Of a stretch of DNA of 64,000 nucleotides, positions 25,266-41,400 are shown one piece after another (position 1 is the first letter of the stretch; every line of letters begins with the position of its first letter). The notes below the pieces were generated by a model that was not told where the DNA came from, did not search any database, and saw nothing but the letters and a program-made list of their open reading frames with translations. A program made the translations under genes and the position numbers. This stretch comes from the human T2T-CHM13v2.0 reference genome, Homo sapiens, in the NCBI RefSeq assembly GCF_009914755.1, contig NC_060941.1. One strand, given 5' to 3'.

Positions 25266-25829
25266 CGCGAGTTGATAAAATTCCATTCTATTCCTTTCCT
25301 TTCAATTCCATTCCATTCCATTCCACTCTGGTTGATTACATTCCATTCCATGCCGTTCTATTCCACTCGGTGTGATTCCTTTCCATTCCATTCCCTTCCA
25401 TTTCAATCCATTGCTTTCCTTTCCATTCCAATTAATACAATTCCATTCTATTCGATTCCATTCCTTTCCATTCCATTCCATTCCATTCCATTCCATTCCA
25501 TTCCAGTTGATTCCATTCCATTCCTTTCGATTCCATTCCATTCCATTCCATTCCATTCCACACGGGTTGATTCCATTCCATTCCAGTCCATTCCATTCCA
25601 CTCGGATGGGTTCCATTCCATTCCATTCCATTCCTTTCCATTCCATTCCGTTCCACTCGGGTTGATTCCGTTCCAATCCATTCCATTCCAATCCATTCCT
25701 TTCCGTTCCATTCCATTCCATTCCATTCCATTCCATTCCATTCCATTCCGTTCCATTGCACTAGTTTTGTTTCCATTCCAGTCCATTCCATTCCATTCAA
25801 ATCCATTCCATTCCAGTCCATTCCACTAG

Positions 25830-28800
25830 GATTGATTCAATTCCATTCTATTCCATTCCATTCCATTCCTTTCCATTCCATTACAATGCATTCCACTCAA
25901 GTTGATTCCATTCCATTCCATTCCATTCCATTGCATTCCATTCCATTGCACTCCATTCCATTCCTTTCCACTCGTGTTGATTCCATTCCGTTCCATTCCA
26001 TTCCAATAAATTGCATTCCATTCCATTCGATTCCATTCCACTGGGGTTGGTTCCATTGCATTCCATTCCATTCCATACCATTCCATTCCATTCCAGTTGA
26101 TGCAAATACTTTCTATTCGATTCAATTCCATTCCATTCCACTCCGTTCCCTTCCATTCTATTCCATTCCATTGCATTCCATTCCATTCCAGTTGATTCAA
26201 TACCATTCTCTTCCGTGCAATTCCATTCGATTCCACTCCATTCGATTTCATTGCATTCCACTCGGGTAGATTCCATTCCATTTCATTCCATTCCATTCCA
26301 TTCCATTCATTTCCAGTTGATTCCCTTCCATTCCATTCCATTATATTCCACTCGGGTTGTTTCCATCGCATTCCATTCCATTCCATTCCATTCTATTCCA
26401 TTCCACTCCAGTTGAATCAATTTCATTCTATTCCATATCATTCCATTCCATTCCATTCCATACCATTCCATTCCATTCCATTCCATTCCGTTCCAGTTGA
26501 TTCAATTCCATACTATTGTATTCTTTTCTATTCTATTTGATTCCATTTCATTCCATTCCTCTCGGATGGATTCCATACCATTCCATTCCATTCCGTTCCA
26601 TTCCATTCGTGTTGTTTCCATTCCATTCCATTCCATTCCATTCGAATTCATTCCATTCCTCTCCATGTCACTGGGATTGATTCAATTCCATTCTAATCCA
26701 TTCCATTCCACTCCATTACATTCGATAACATTACATTCCACTCAGATTGATTCAACTCCATTCCATTCCATTCCACTCCATTCCATTCCATTCCTTTCTA
26801 TTACACGGCGGTTGATTCCATTCCATTCCCTTCCATTCCATTCCACTCGAATGGATTCAATTCCATTCTGTTCCATTCTATTCCATTCCATTCCATTCCA
26901 TTCCATTCCATTCCACTCGGTTTCATTCCATTCCATTCCTTTCCATTCCATTCCACTAGGGTTGATTTCCTTACATTCCATTCGAATCCATTCCATTCCA
27001 TTCCATTCCATTCCATTCCATTCCATTCCATTCCATTCCATTCCACTCGGGTTGATTCCATTCCATTTCATTCCTTTCCATTCCATTCCATTCCATTCCA
27101 CTCGGGTTGATTCAATTCCATTCTATTCCATTCCATTCCGTTCCATTCCATTCCATTCCATTCCATTCCATTCCATTCCACTCGGGTTGATTCCATTCCA
27201 TTTCATTCCTTTCCATTCCATTCCATTCCATTCCACTCGGGTTGATACCAGTCCATTCCATTCCATTCCTTTCCATTCCATTCGATTTCAGTTGATTCTA
27301 TTCCTTTCTATTCCATTAAATGCCATTCCATTCCATTCCATTACATTCCAGTTAAATCCGTTATATTCCATTCCATTCCATTCCACTCGGGTTCATTCCA
27401 TTCTGTTGTATTCCATTCCATTCCATTCTATTCCATACCATTCCATTCCATTGCATTCCACTCGGGTTGATTCTATTCCATTCTGTTCCATTGCATTCCA
27501 TTCCGCTCCGTTCCATTCCATTGCATTCCATTCGGGTTGATTCAATTCCATTCTATTCCATTCCATTCCATTCCTTTCCACGCGAGTTGATAAAATTCCA
27601 TTCTATTCCTTTCCTTTCAATTCCATTCCATTCCATTCCACTCTGGTTGATTACATTCCATTCCATGCCATTCTATTCCACTCGGTGTGATTCCTTTCCA
27701 TTCCATTCCCTTCCATTTCAATCCATTGCTTTCCTTTCCATTCCAATTAATACAATTCCATTCTATTCGATTCCATTCCTTTCCATTCCATTCCATTCCA
27801 TTCCATTCCATTCCATTCCAGTTGATTCCATTCCATTCCTTTCGATTCCATTCCATTCCATTCCATTCCATTCCATTCCACTCGGGTTGATTCCATTCCA
27901 TTCCAGTCCATTCCATTCCACTCGGATGGGTTCCATTCCATTCCATTCCATTCCTTTCCATTCCATTCCGTTCCACTCGGGTTGATTCCGTTCCAATCCA
28001 TTCCATTCCAATCCATTCCTTTCCGTTCCATTCCATTCCATTCCATTCCATTCCATTCCATTCCGTTCCATTGCACTAGTTTTGTTTCCATTCCAGTCCA
28101 TTCCATTCCATTCAAATCCATTCCATTCCAGTCCATTCCACTAGGATTGATTCAATTCCATTCTATTCCATTCCATTCCATTCCTTTCCATTCCATTACA
28201 ATGCATTCCACTCAAGTTGATTCCATTCCATTCCATTGCATTCCATTCCATTGCACTCCATTCCATTCCTTTCCACTCGTGTTGATTCCATTCCGTTCCA
28301 TTCCATTCCAATAAATTGCATTCCATTCCATTCGATTCCATTCCACTGGGGTTGGTTCCATTGCATTCCATTCCATTCCATACCATTCCATTCCATTCCA
28401 GTTGATGCAAATACTTTCTATTCGATTCAATTCCATTCCATTCCTCTCCGTTCCCTTCCATTCTATTCCATTCCATTGCATTCCATTCCATTCCAGTTGA
28501 TTCAATACCATTCTCTTCCGTGCAATTCCATTCGATTCCACTCCATTCGATTTCATTGCATTCCACTCGGGTAGATTCCATTCCATTTCATTCCATTCCA
28601 TTCCATTCCATTCATTTCCAGTTGATTCCCTTCCATTCCATTCCATTATATTCCACTCGGGTTGTTTCCATCGCATTCCATTCCATTCCATTCCATTCTA
28701 TTCCATTCCACTCCAGTTGAATCAATTTCATTCTATTCCATATCATTCCATTCCATTCCATTCCATACCATTCCATTCCATTCCGTTCCAGTTGATTCAA

Positions 28801-31800
28801 ATCCACAGTATTGTATTCTTTTCTATTCTATTTGATTCCATTTCATTCCATTCCTCTCGGATGGATTCCATACCATTCCATTCCATTCCGTTCCATTCCA
28901 TTCGTGTTGTTTCCATTCCATTCCATTCCATTCCATTCGAATTCATTCCATTCCTCTCCATGTCACTGGGATTGATTCAATTCCATTCTAATCCATTCCA
29001 TTCCACTCCATTACATTCGATAACATTACATTCCACTCAGATTGATTCAACTCCATTCCATTCCATTCCACTCCATTCCATTCCATTCCATTCCTTTCTA
29101 TTACACAGCGGTTGATTCCATTCCATTCCCTTCCATTCCATTCCACTCGAATGGATTCAATTCCATTCTGTTCCATTCTATTCCATTCCATTCCATTCCA
29201 TTCCATTCCACTCGGTTTCATTCCATTCCATTCCTTTCCATTCCATTCCACTAGGGTTGATTTCCTTACATTCCATTCGAATCCATTCCATTCCATTCCA
29301 TTCCATTCCATTCCATTCCATTCCATTCCATTCCATTCCACTCGGGTTGATTCCATTCCATTTCATTCCTTTCCATTCCATTCCATTCCATTCCACTCGG
29401 GTTGATTCAATTCCATTCTATTCCATTCCATTCCGTTCCATTCCATTCCACTCGGGTTGATACCAGTCCATTCCATTCCATTCCATTCCATTCCATTCCA
29501 TTCCATTCCATTCGATTTCAGTTGATTCTATTCCTTTCTATTCCATTAAATGCCATTCCATTCCATTCCATTACATTCCAGTTAAATCCGTTATATTCCA
29601 TTCCATTCCATTCCACTCGGGTTCATTCCATTCTGTTGTATTCCATTCCATTCCATTCTATTCCATACCATTCCATTCCATTGCATTCCACTCGGGTTGA
29701 TTCTATTCCATTCTGTTCCATTGCATTCCATTCGGCTCCGTTCCATTCCATTGCATTCCATTCGGGTTGATTCAATTCCATTCTATTCCATTCCATTCCA
29801 TTCCTTTCCACGCGAGTTGATAAAATTCCATTCTATTCCTTTCCTTTCAATTCCATTCCATTCCATTCCACTCTGGTTGATTACATTCCATTCCATGCCG
29901 TTCTATTCCACTCGGTGTGATTCCTTTCCATTCCATTCCCTTCCATTTCAATCCATTGCTTTCCTTTCCATTCCAATTAATACAATTCCATTCTATTCGA
30001 TTCCATTCCTTTCCATTCCATTCCATTCCATTCCATTCCATTCCAGTTGATTCCATTCCATTCCTTTCGATTCCATTCCATTCCATTCCATTCCATTCCA
30101 TTCCACTCGGGTTGATTCCATTCCATTCCAGTCCATTCCATTCCACTCGGATGGGTTCCATTCCATTCCATTCCATTCCTTTCCATTCCATTCCGTTCCA
30201 CTCGGGTTGATTCCGTTCCAATCCATTCCATTCCAATCCATTCCTTTCCGTTCCATTCCATTCCATTCCATTCCATTCCATTCCATTCCGTTCCATTGCA
30301 CTAGTTTTGTTTCCATTCCAGTCCATTCCATTCCATTCAAATCCATTCCATTCCAGTCCATTCCACTAGGATTGATTCAATTCCATTCTATTCCATTCCA
30401 TTCCATTCCTTTCCATTCCATTACAATGCATTCCACTCAAGTTGATTCCATTCCATTCCATTCCATTCCATTGCATTCCATTCCATTGCACTCCATTCCA
30501 TTCCTTTCCACTCGTGTTGATTCCATTCCGTTCCATTCCATTCCAATAAATTGCATTCCATTCCATTCGATTCCATTCCACTGGGGTTGGTTCCATTGCA
30601 TTCCATTCCATTCCATACCATTCCATTCCATTCCAGTTGATGCAAATACTTTCTATTCGATTCAATTCCATTCCATTCCACTCCGTTCCCTTCCATTCTA
30701 TTCCATTCCATTGCATTCCATTCCATTCCAGTTGATTCAATACCATTCTCTTCCGTGCAATTCCATTCGATTCCACTCCATTCGATTTCATTGCATTCCA
30801 CTCGGGTAGATTCCATTCCATTTCATTCCATTCCATTCCATTCCATTCATTTCCAGTTGATTCCCTTCCATTCCATTCCATTATATTCCACTCGGGTTGT
30901 TTCCATCGCATTCCATTCCATTCCATTCCATTCTATTCCATTCCACTCCAGTTGAATCAATTTCATTCTATTCCATATCATTCCATTCCATTCCATTCCA
31001 TACCATTCCATTCCATTCCATTCCATTCCGTTCCAGTTGATTCAATTCCATACTATTGTATTCTTTTCTATTCTATTTGATTCCATTTCATTCCATTCCT
31101 CTCGGATGGATTCCATACCATTCCATTCCATTCCGTTCCATTCCATTCGTGTTGTTTCCATTCCATTCCATTCCATTCCATTCGAATTCATTCCATTCCT
31201 CTCCATGTCACTGGGATTGATTCAATTCCATTCTAATCCATTCCATTCCACTCCATTACATTCGATAACATTACATTCCACTCAGATTGATTCAACTCCA
31301 TTCCATTCCATTCCACTCCATTCCATTCCATTCCTTTCTATTACACGGCGGTTGATTCCATTCCATTCCCTTCCATTCCATTCCACTCGAATGGATTCAA
31401 TTCCATTCTGTTCCATTCTATTCCATTCCATTCCATTCCATTCCATTCCATTCCACTCGGTTTCATTCCATTCCATTCCTTTCCATTCCATTCCACTAGG
31501 GTTGATTTCCTTACATTCCATTCGAATCCATTCCATTCCATTCCATTCCATTCCATTCCATTCCATTCCATTCCACTCGGGTTGATTCCATTCCATTTCA
31601 TTCCTTTCCATTCCATTCCATTCCATTCCACTCGGGTTGATTCAATTCCATTCTATTCCATTCCATTCCGTTCCATTCCATTCCACTCGGGTTGATACCA
31701 GTCCATTCCATTCCATTCCATTCCATTCGATTTCAGTTGATTCTATTCCTTTCTATTCCATTAAATGCCATTCCATTCCATTCCATTACATTCCAGTTAA

Positions 31801-34450
31801 ATCCGTTATATTCCATTCCATTCCATTCCACTCGGGTTCATTCCATTCTGTTGTATTCCATTCCATTCCATTCTATTCCATACCATTCCATTCCATTGCA
31901 TTCCACTCGGGTTGATTCTATTCCATTCTGTTCCATTGCATTCCATTCCGCTCCGTTCCATTCCATTGCATTCCATTCGGGTTGATTCAATTCCATTCTA
32001 TTCCATTCCATTCCATTCCTTTCCACGCGAGTTGATAAAATTCCATTCTATTCCTTTCCTTTCAATTCCATTCCATTCCATTCCACTCTGGTTGATTACA
32101 TTCCATTCCATGCCATTCTATTCCACTCGGTGTGATTCCTTTCCATTCCATTCCCTTCCATTTCAATCCATTGCTTTCCTTTCCATTCCAATTAATACAA
32201 TTCCATTCTATTCGATTCCATTCCTTTCCATTCCATTCCATTCCATTCCATTCCATTCCATTCCAGTTGATTCCATTCCATTCCTTTCGATTCCATTCCA
32301 TTCCATTCCATTCCATTCCATTCCACTCGGGTTGATTCCATTCCATTCCAGTCCATTCCATTCCACTCGGATGGGTTCCATTCCATTCCATTCCATTCCT
32401 TTCCATTCCATTCCGTTCCACTCGGGTTGATTCCGTTCCAATCCATTCCATTCCAATCCATTCCTTTCCGTTCCATTCCATTCCATTCCATTCCATTCCA
32501 TTCCATTCCGTTCCATTGCACTAGTTTTGTTTCCATTCCAGTCCATTCCATTCCATTCAAATCCATTCCATTCCAGTCCATTCCACTAGGATTGATTCAA
32601 TTCCATTCTATTCCATTCCATTCCATTCCTTTCCATTCCATTACAATGCATTCCACTCAAGTTGATTCCATTCCATTCCATTGCATTCCATTCCATTGCA
32701 CTCCATTCCATTCCTTTCCACTCGTGTTGATTCCATTCCGTTCCATTCCATTCCAATAAATTGCATTCCATTCCATTCGATTCCATTCCACTGGGGTTGG
32801 TTCCATTGCATTCCATTCCATTCCATACCATTCCATTCCATTCCAGTTGATGCAAATACTTTCTATTCGATTCAATTCCATTCCATTCCACTCCGTTCCC
32901 TTCCATTCTATTCCATTCCATTGCATTCCATTCCATTCCAGTTGATTCAATACCATTCTCTTCCGTGCAATTCCATTCGATTCCACTCCATTCGATTTCA
33001 TTGCATTCCACTCGGGTAGATTCCATTCCATTTCATTCCATTCCATTCCATTCCATTCATTTCCAGTTGATTCCCTTCCATTCCATTCCATTATATTCCA
33101 CTCGGGTTGTTTCCATCGCATTCCATTCCATTCCATTCCATTCTATTCCATTCCACTCCAGTTGAATCAATTTCATTCTATTCCATATCATTCCATTCCA
33201 TTCCATTCCATACCATTCCATTCCATTCCGTTCCAGTTGATTCAAATCCATACTATTGTATTCTTTTCTATTCTATTTGATTCCATTTCATTCCATTCCT
33301 CTCGGATGGATTCCATACCATTCCATTCCATTCCGTTCCATTCCATTCGTGTTGTTTCCATTCCATTCCATTCCATTCCATTCGAATTCATTCCATTCCT
33401 CTCCATGTCACTGGGATTGATTCAATTCCATTCTAATCCATTCCATTCCACTCCATTACATTCGATAACATTACATTCCACTCAGATTGATTCAACTCCA
33501 TTCCATTCCATTCCACTCCATTCCATTCCATTCCATTCCTTTCTATTACACAGCGGTTGATTCCATTCCATTCCCTTCCATTCCATTCCACTCGAATGGA
33601 TTCAATTCCATTCTCTTCCATTCTATTCCATTCCATTCCATTCCATTCCATTCCACTCGGTTTCATTCCATTCCATTCCTTTCCATTCCATTCCACTAGG
33701 GTTGATTTCCTTACATTCCATTCGAATCCATTCCATTCCATTCCATTCCATTCCATTCCATTCCATTCCATTCCATTCCATTCCACTCGGGTTGATTCCA
33801 TTCCATTTCATTCCTTTCCATTCCATTCCATTCCATTCCACTCGGGTTGATTCAATTCCATTCTATTCCATTCCATTCCGTTCCATTCCATTCCACTCGG
33901 GTTGATACCAGTCCATTCCATTCCATTCCATTCCATTCCATTCCATTCCATTCGATTTCAGTTGATTCTATTCCTTTCTATTCCATTAAATGCCATTCCA
34001 TTCCATTCCATTACATTCCAGTTAAATCCGTTATATTCCATTCCATTCCATTCCACTCGGGTTCATTCCATTCTGTTGTATTCCATTCCATTCCATTCTA
34101 TTCCATACCATTCCATTCCATTGCATTCCACTCGGGTTGATTCTATTCCATTCTGTTCCATTGCATTCCATTCGGCTCCGTTCCATTCCATTGCATTCCA
34201 TTCGGGTTGATTCAATTCCATTCTATTCCATTCCTTTCCACGCGAGTTGATAAAATTCCATTCTATTCCTTTCCTTTCAATTCCATTCCATTCCATTCCA
34301 CTCTGGTTGATTACATTCCATTCCATGCCGTTCTATTCCACTCGGTGTGATTCCTTTCCATTCCATTCCCTTCCATTTCAATCCATTGCTTTCCTTTCCA
34401 TTCCAATTAATACAATTCCATTCTATTCGATTCCATTCCTTTCCATTCCA
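25830..34450 (+). repeat. A-B-A-B dimeric super-repeat (~4.44-kb period)
   Basis: Variants alternate between units: CAGCG 29106/33551, TTCAA ATCCA 28796/33241, TTCGGCTCCG 29731/34171, TGCCA TTCTA 27666/32111 versus TGCCG 29896/34326. Confidence 0.85.
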
Positions 34451-35499
34451 TTCCATTCCATTCCATTCCATTCCAGTTGATTCCATTCCATTCCTTTCGA
34501 TTCCATTCCATTCCATTCCATTCCATTCCATTCCATTCCATTCCACTCAAGTTGATTCCATTCCATTCCAGTCCATTCTATTCCACTCGGATGGGTTCCA
34601 TTCCATTCCATTCCATTCCTTTCCATTCCATTCCGTTCCACTCGGGTTGATTCCGTTCCAATCCATTCCATTCCAATCCATTCCTTTCCGTTCCATTCCA
34701 TTCCATTCCATTCCATTCCATTCCGTTCCATTGCACTAGTTTTGTTTCCATTCCTGTCCTTTCCATTCCATTCAAATCCATTCCATTCCACTCCATTCCA
34801 TTAGGATTGATTCAATTCCATTCTATTCCATTCCATTCCTTTCCATTCCATTACAATGCATTCCACTCAAGTTGATTCCATTCCATTCCATTCCATTCCA
34901 TTGCATTCCATTCCATTGCACTCCATTCCATTCCTTTCCACTCGTGTTGATTCCATTCCGTTCCATTCCATTCCAATACATTCCATTCCATTCCATTCGA
35001 TTCCATTCCACTGGGGTTGGTTCCATTGTATTCGATTCCATTCCATACCATTCCGTTCCATTCCAGTTGGTGCAAATACTTTCTATTCGATTCAATTCCA
35101 TTCCATTCCACTCCGTTCCCTTCCATTCTATTCCATTCCATTGCATTCCATTCCATTCCAGTTGATTCAATACCATTCTCTTCCGTGCAATTCCATTCGA
35201 TTCCCCTCCATTCGATTTCATTGCATTCCACTCGGGTAGATTCCATTCCATTTCATTCCATTCCATTCCATTCCATTCATTTCCAGTTGATTCCCTTCCA
35301 TTCCATTCCATTATATTCCACTCGGTTTGTTTCCATCGCATTCCATTCCATTCCATTCCATTCTATTCCATTCCACTCCAGTTGAATCAATTTGATTCTG
35401 TTCCATATCATTCCATTCCATTCCATTCCATACCATTCCATTCCATTCCATTCCATTCCATTCCATTCCATTCCATTCCGTTCCAGTTGATTCAATTCC

Positions 35500-38400
35500 A
35501 TGCTATTGTATTCTTTTCTATTCTATTTGATTCCATTCCATTCCATTCCTCTCGGATGGATTCCATACCATTCCATTCCATTCCGTTCCATTCCATTCGT
35601 GTTGTTTCCATTCCATTCCATTCCATTCCATTCGAATTCATTCCATTCCTCTCCACGTCACTGGGATTGATTCAATTCCATTCTAATCCATTCCATTCCA
35701 CTCCATTACATTCGATAACATTACATTCCACTCAGTTTGATTCAACTCCATTCCATTCCATTCCATTCCATTCCATTCCATTCCATTCCTTTCTATTACA
35801 CGGCGGTTGATTCCATTCCATTCCCTTCCATTCCATTCCACTCGAATGGATTCAATTCCATTCTGTTCCATTCTATTCCATTCCATTCCATTCCATTCCA
35901 TTCCACTCGGGTTCATTCCATTCCATTCCTTTCCATTCCATTCCACTAGGGTTGATTTCCTTACATTCCATTCGAATCCATTCCATTCCATTCCATTCTA
36001 TTCCATTCCATTCCATTCCATTCCACACGGGTTGATTCCATTCCATTTCATTCCTTTCCATTCCATTCCATTCCATTCCAATCGGGTTGATTCAATTCCA
36101 TTCTATTCCATTCCATTCCGTTCCATTCCATTCCACTCGGGTTGATACCAGTCCATTCCATTCCATTCCATTCCATTCCATTCGATTTCAGTTGATTCTA
36201 TTCCTTTCTATTGCATTAAATGCCATTCCATTCCATTCCATTACATTCCAGTTAAATCCGTTATATTCCATTCCATTCCATTCCACTCGGGTTCATTCCA
36301 TTCTGTTGTATTCCATTCCATTCCATTCTATTCCATACCATTCCATTCCATTGCATTCCACTCGGGTTGATTCTATTCCTTTCTGTTCCATTGCATTCCA
36401 TTCCGCTCCGTTCCATTCCATTGCATTCCATTCGGGTTGATTCAATTCCATTCTATTCCATTCCATTCCATTCCTTTCCACGCGAGTTGATAAAATTCCA
36501 TTCTATTCCTTTCCTTTCAATTCCATTCCATTCCATTCCACTCTGGTTGATTACATTCCATTCCATGCCATTCTATTCCACTCGGTGTGATTCCTTTCCA
36601 TTCCATTCCCTTCCATTTCAATCCATTGCTTTCCTTTCCATTCCAATTAATACAATTCCATTCTATTCGATTCCATTCCTTTCCATTCCATTCCATTCCA
36701 TTCCATTCCATTCCAGTTGATTCCATTCCATTCCTTTCGATTCCATTCCATTCCATTCCATTCCACTCGGGTTGATTCCATTCCATTCCAGTCCATTCCA
36801 TTCCACTCGGATGGGTTCCATTCCATTCCATTCCATTCCTTTCCATTCCATTCCGTTCCACTCGGGTTGATTCCGTTCCAATCCATTCCATTCCAATCCA
36901 TTCCTTTCCGTTCCATTCCATTCCATTCCATTCCATTCCATTCCATTCCATTCCGTTCCATTGCACTAGTTTTGTTTCCATTCCAGTCCATTCCATTCCA
37001 TTCAAATCCATTCCATTCCACTCCATTCCACTAGGATTGATTCAATTCCATTCTATTCCATTCCATTCCATTCCTTTCCATTCCATTACAATGCATTCCA
37101 CTCAAGTTGATTCCATTCCATTCCATTCCATTCCATTGCATTCCATTCCATTGCACTCCGTTCCATTCCTTTCCACTCGTGTTGATTCCATTCCGTTCCA
37201 TTCCATTACAATACATTCCATTCCATTCCATTCGATTCCATTCCACTGGGGTTGGTTCCATTGCATTCCATTCCATTCCATACCATTCCATTCCATTCCA
37301 GTTGATGCACATACTTTCTATTCGATTCAATTCCATTCCATTCCACTCCGTTCCCTTCCATTCTATTCCATTCCATTGCATTCCATTCCATTCCAGTTGA
37401 TTCAATACCATTCTCTTCCGTGCAATTCCATTCGATTCCCCTCCATTCGATTTCATTGCATTCCACCCTGGTAGATTCCATTCCATTTCATTCCATTCCA
37501 TTCCATTCCATTCATTTCCAGTTGTTTCCCTTCCATTCCATTCCATTATATTCCACTCGGGTTGTTTCCATCGCATTCCATTCCATTCCATTCCATTCTA
37601 TTCAATTCCACTCCAGTTGAATCAATTTGATTGTGTTCCATAACATTCCATTCCATTCCATTCCATACCATTCCATTCCATTCCATTCCATTCCATTCCG
37701 TTCCAGTTGATTCAATTCCATACTATTGTATTCTTTTCTATTCTATTTGATTCCATTCCATTCCATTCCTCTCGGATGGATTCCATACCATTCCATTCCA
37801 TTCCGTTCCATTCCATTCGTGTGGTTTCCATTCCATTCCATTCCATTCCATTCGAATTCATTCCATTCCTCTCCACGTCACTGGGATTGATTCAATTCCA
37901 TTCTAATCCATTCCATTCCACTCCATTACATTCGATAACATTACATTCCACTCAGTTTGATTCAACTGCATTCCATTCCATTCCATTCCATTCCATTCCA
38001 TTCCATTCCATTCCATTCCATTCCTTTCTATTACACGGCGGTTGATTCCATTCCATTCCCTTCCATTCCATTCCACTCGAATGGATTCAATTCCATTCTG
38101 TTCCATTCTATTCCATTCCATTCCATTCCATTCCATTCCACTCGGGTTCATTCCATTCCATTCCTTTCCATTCCATTCCACTAGGGTTGATTTCCTTACA
38201 TTCCATTCGAATCCATTCCATTCCATTCCATTCTATTTCATTCCATTCCATTCCATTCCACACGGGTTGATTCCATTCCATTTCATTCCTTTCCATTCCA
38301 TTCCATTCCATTCCAATCGGGTTGATTCAATTCCATTCTATTCCATTCCATTCCGTTCCATTCCATTCCACTCGGGTTGATACCAGTCCATTCCATTCCA

Positions 38401-41400
38401 TTCCATTCCATTCCATTCGATTTCAGTTGATTCTATTCCTTTCTATTCCATTAAATGCCATTCCATTCCATTCCATTACATTCCAGTTAAATCCGTTATA
38501 TTCCATTCCATTCCATTCCACTCGGGTTCATTCCATTCTGTTGTATTCCATTCCATTCCATTCTATACCATACCATTCCATTCCATTGCATTCCACTCGG
38601 GTTGATTCTATTCCTTTCTGTTCCATTGCATTCCATTCCGCTCCGTTGCATTCCATTGCATTCCATTCGGGTTGATTCAATTCCATTCTATTCCATTCCA
38701 TTCCATTCCTTTCCACGCGAGTTGATAAAATTCCATTCTATTCCTTTCCTTTCAATTCCATTCCATTCCATTCCACTCTGGTTGATTACATTCCATTCCA
38801 TGCCATTCTATTCCACTCGGTGTGATTCCTTTCCATTCCATTCCCTTCCATTTCAATCCATTGCTTTCCTTTCCATTCCAATTAATACAATTCCATTCTA
38901 TTCGATTCCATTCCTTTCCATTCCATTCCATTCCATTCCATTCCATTCCAGTTGATTCCATTCCATTCCTTTCGATTCCATTCCATTCCATTCCATTCCA
39001 CTCGGGTTGATTCCATTCCATTCCAGTCCATTCCATTCCACTCGGATGGGTTCCATTCCATTCCATTCCATTCCTTTCCATTCCATTCCGTTCCACTCGG
39101 GTTGATTCCGTTCCAATCCATTCCATTCCAATCCATTCCTTTCCGTTCCATTCCATTCCATTCCATTCCATTCCATTCCATTCCATTCCGTTCCATTGCA
39201 CTAGTTTTGTTTCCATTCCAGTCCATTCCATTCCATTCAAATCCATTCCATTCCACTCCATTCCACTAGGATTGATTCAATTCCATTCTATTCCATTCCA
39301 TTCCATTCCTTTCCATTCCATTACAATGCATTCCACTCAAGTTGATTCCATTCCATTCCATTCCATTCCATTGCATTCCATTCCATTGCACTCCGTTCCA
39401 TTCCTTTCCACTCGTGTTGATTCCATTCCGTTCCATTCCATTCCAATACATTCCATTCCATTCCATTCGATTCCATTCCACTGGGGTTGGTTCCATTGCA
39501 TTCCATTCCATTCCATACCATTCCATTCCATTCCAGTTGATGCACATACTTTCTATTCGATTCAATTCCATTCCATTCCACTCCGTTCCCTTCCATTCTA
39601 TTCCATTCCATTGCATTCCATTCCATTCCAGTTGATTCAATACCATTCTCTTCCGTGCAATTCCATTCGATTCCCCTCCATTCGATTTCATTGCATTCCA
39701 CCCTGGTAGATTCCATTCCATTTCATTCCATTCCATTCCATTCCATTCATTTCCAGTTGTTTCCCTTCCATTCCATTCCATTATATTCCACTCGGGTTGT
39801 TTCCATCGCATTCCATTCCATTCCATTCCATTCTATTCCATTCCACTCCAGTTGAATGAATTTGATTGTGTTCCATAACATTCCATTCCATTCCATTCCA
39901 TACCATTCCATTCCATTCCATTCCATTCCATTCCGTTCCAGTTGATTCAATTCCATACTATTGTATTCTTTTCTATTCTATTTGATTCCATTCCATTCCA
40001 TTCCTCTTGGATGGATTCCATACCATTCCATTCCATTCCGTTCCATTCCATTCGTGTTGTTTCCATTCCATTCCATTCCATTCCATTCGAATTCATTCCA
40101 TTCCTCTCCATGTCACTGGGATTGATTCAATTCCATTCTAATCCATTCCATTCCACTCCATTACATTCGATAACATTACATTCCACTCAGTTTGATTCAA
40201 CTCCATTCCATTCCATTCCATTCCATTCCATTCCATTCCATTCCATTCCATTCCATTCCTTTCTATTACACGGCGGTTGATTCCATTCCATTCCCTTCCA
40301 TTCCATTCCACTCGAATGGATTCAATTCCATTCTGTTCCATTCTATTCCATTCCATTCCATTCCATTCCATTCCATTCCATTCCACTCGGTTTCATTCCA
40401 TTCCATTCCTTTCCATTCCATTCCACTAGGGTTGATTTCCTTACATTCCATTCGAATCCATTCCATTCCATTCCATTCCATTCCATTCCATTCCATTCCA
40501 TTCCACTCGGGTTGATTCCATTCCATTTCATTCCTTTCCATTCCATTCCATTCCATTCCACTCGGGTTGATTCAATTCCATTCTATTCCATTCCATTCCG
40601 TTCCATTCCATTCCACTCGGGTTGATACCAGTCCATTCCATTCCATTCTATTCCATTCCATTCCATTCCATTCGATTTCAGTTGATTCTATTCCTTTCTA
40701 TTCCATTAAATGCCATTCCATTCCATTCCATTACATTCCAGTTAAATCCGTTATATTCCATTCCATTCCATTCCACTCGGGTTCATTCCATTCTGTTGTA
40801 TTCCATTCCATTCCATTCTATTCCATACCATTCCATTCCATTGCATTCCACTCGGGTTGATTCTATTCCATTCTGTTCCATTGCATTCCATTCCGCTCCG
40901 TTCCATTCCATTGCATTCCATTCGGGTTGATTCAATTCCATTCTATTCCATTCCATTCCATTCCTTTCCACGCGAGTTGATAAAATTCCATTCTATTCCT
41001 TTCCTTTCAATTCCATTCCATTCCATTCCACTCTGGTTGATTACATTCCATTCCATGCCATTCTATTCCACTCGGTGTGATTCCTTTCCATTCCATTCCC
41101 TTCCATTTCAATCCATTGCTTTCCTTTCCATTCCAATTAATACAATTCCATTCTATTCGATTCCATTCCTTTCCATTCCATTCCATTCCATTCCATTCCA
41201 TTCCAGTTGATTCCATTCCATTCCTTTCGATTCCATTCCATTCCATTCCATTCCACTCGGGTTGATTCCATTCCATTCCAGTCCATTCCATTCCACTCGG
41301 ATGGGTTCCATTCCATTCCATTCCATTCCTTTCCATTCCATTCCGTTCCACTCGGGTTGATTCCGTTCCAATCCATTCCATTCCAATCCATTCCTTTCCG

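Noticed and set aside
26497-27540. Longest ORF (347 aa)
   Set aside because: A chance phasing of pentamer counts that avoids TGA. Homologous units give much shorter ORFs, so the frame is not conserved.
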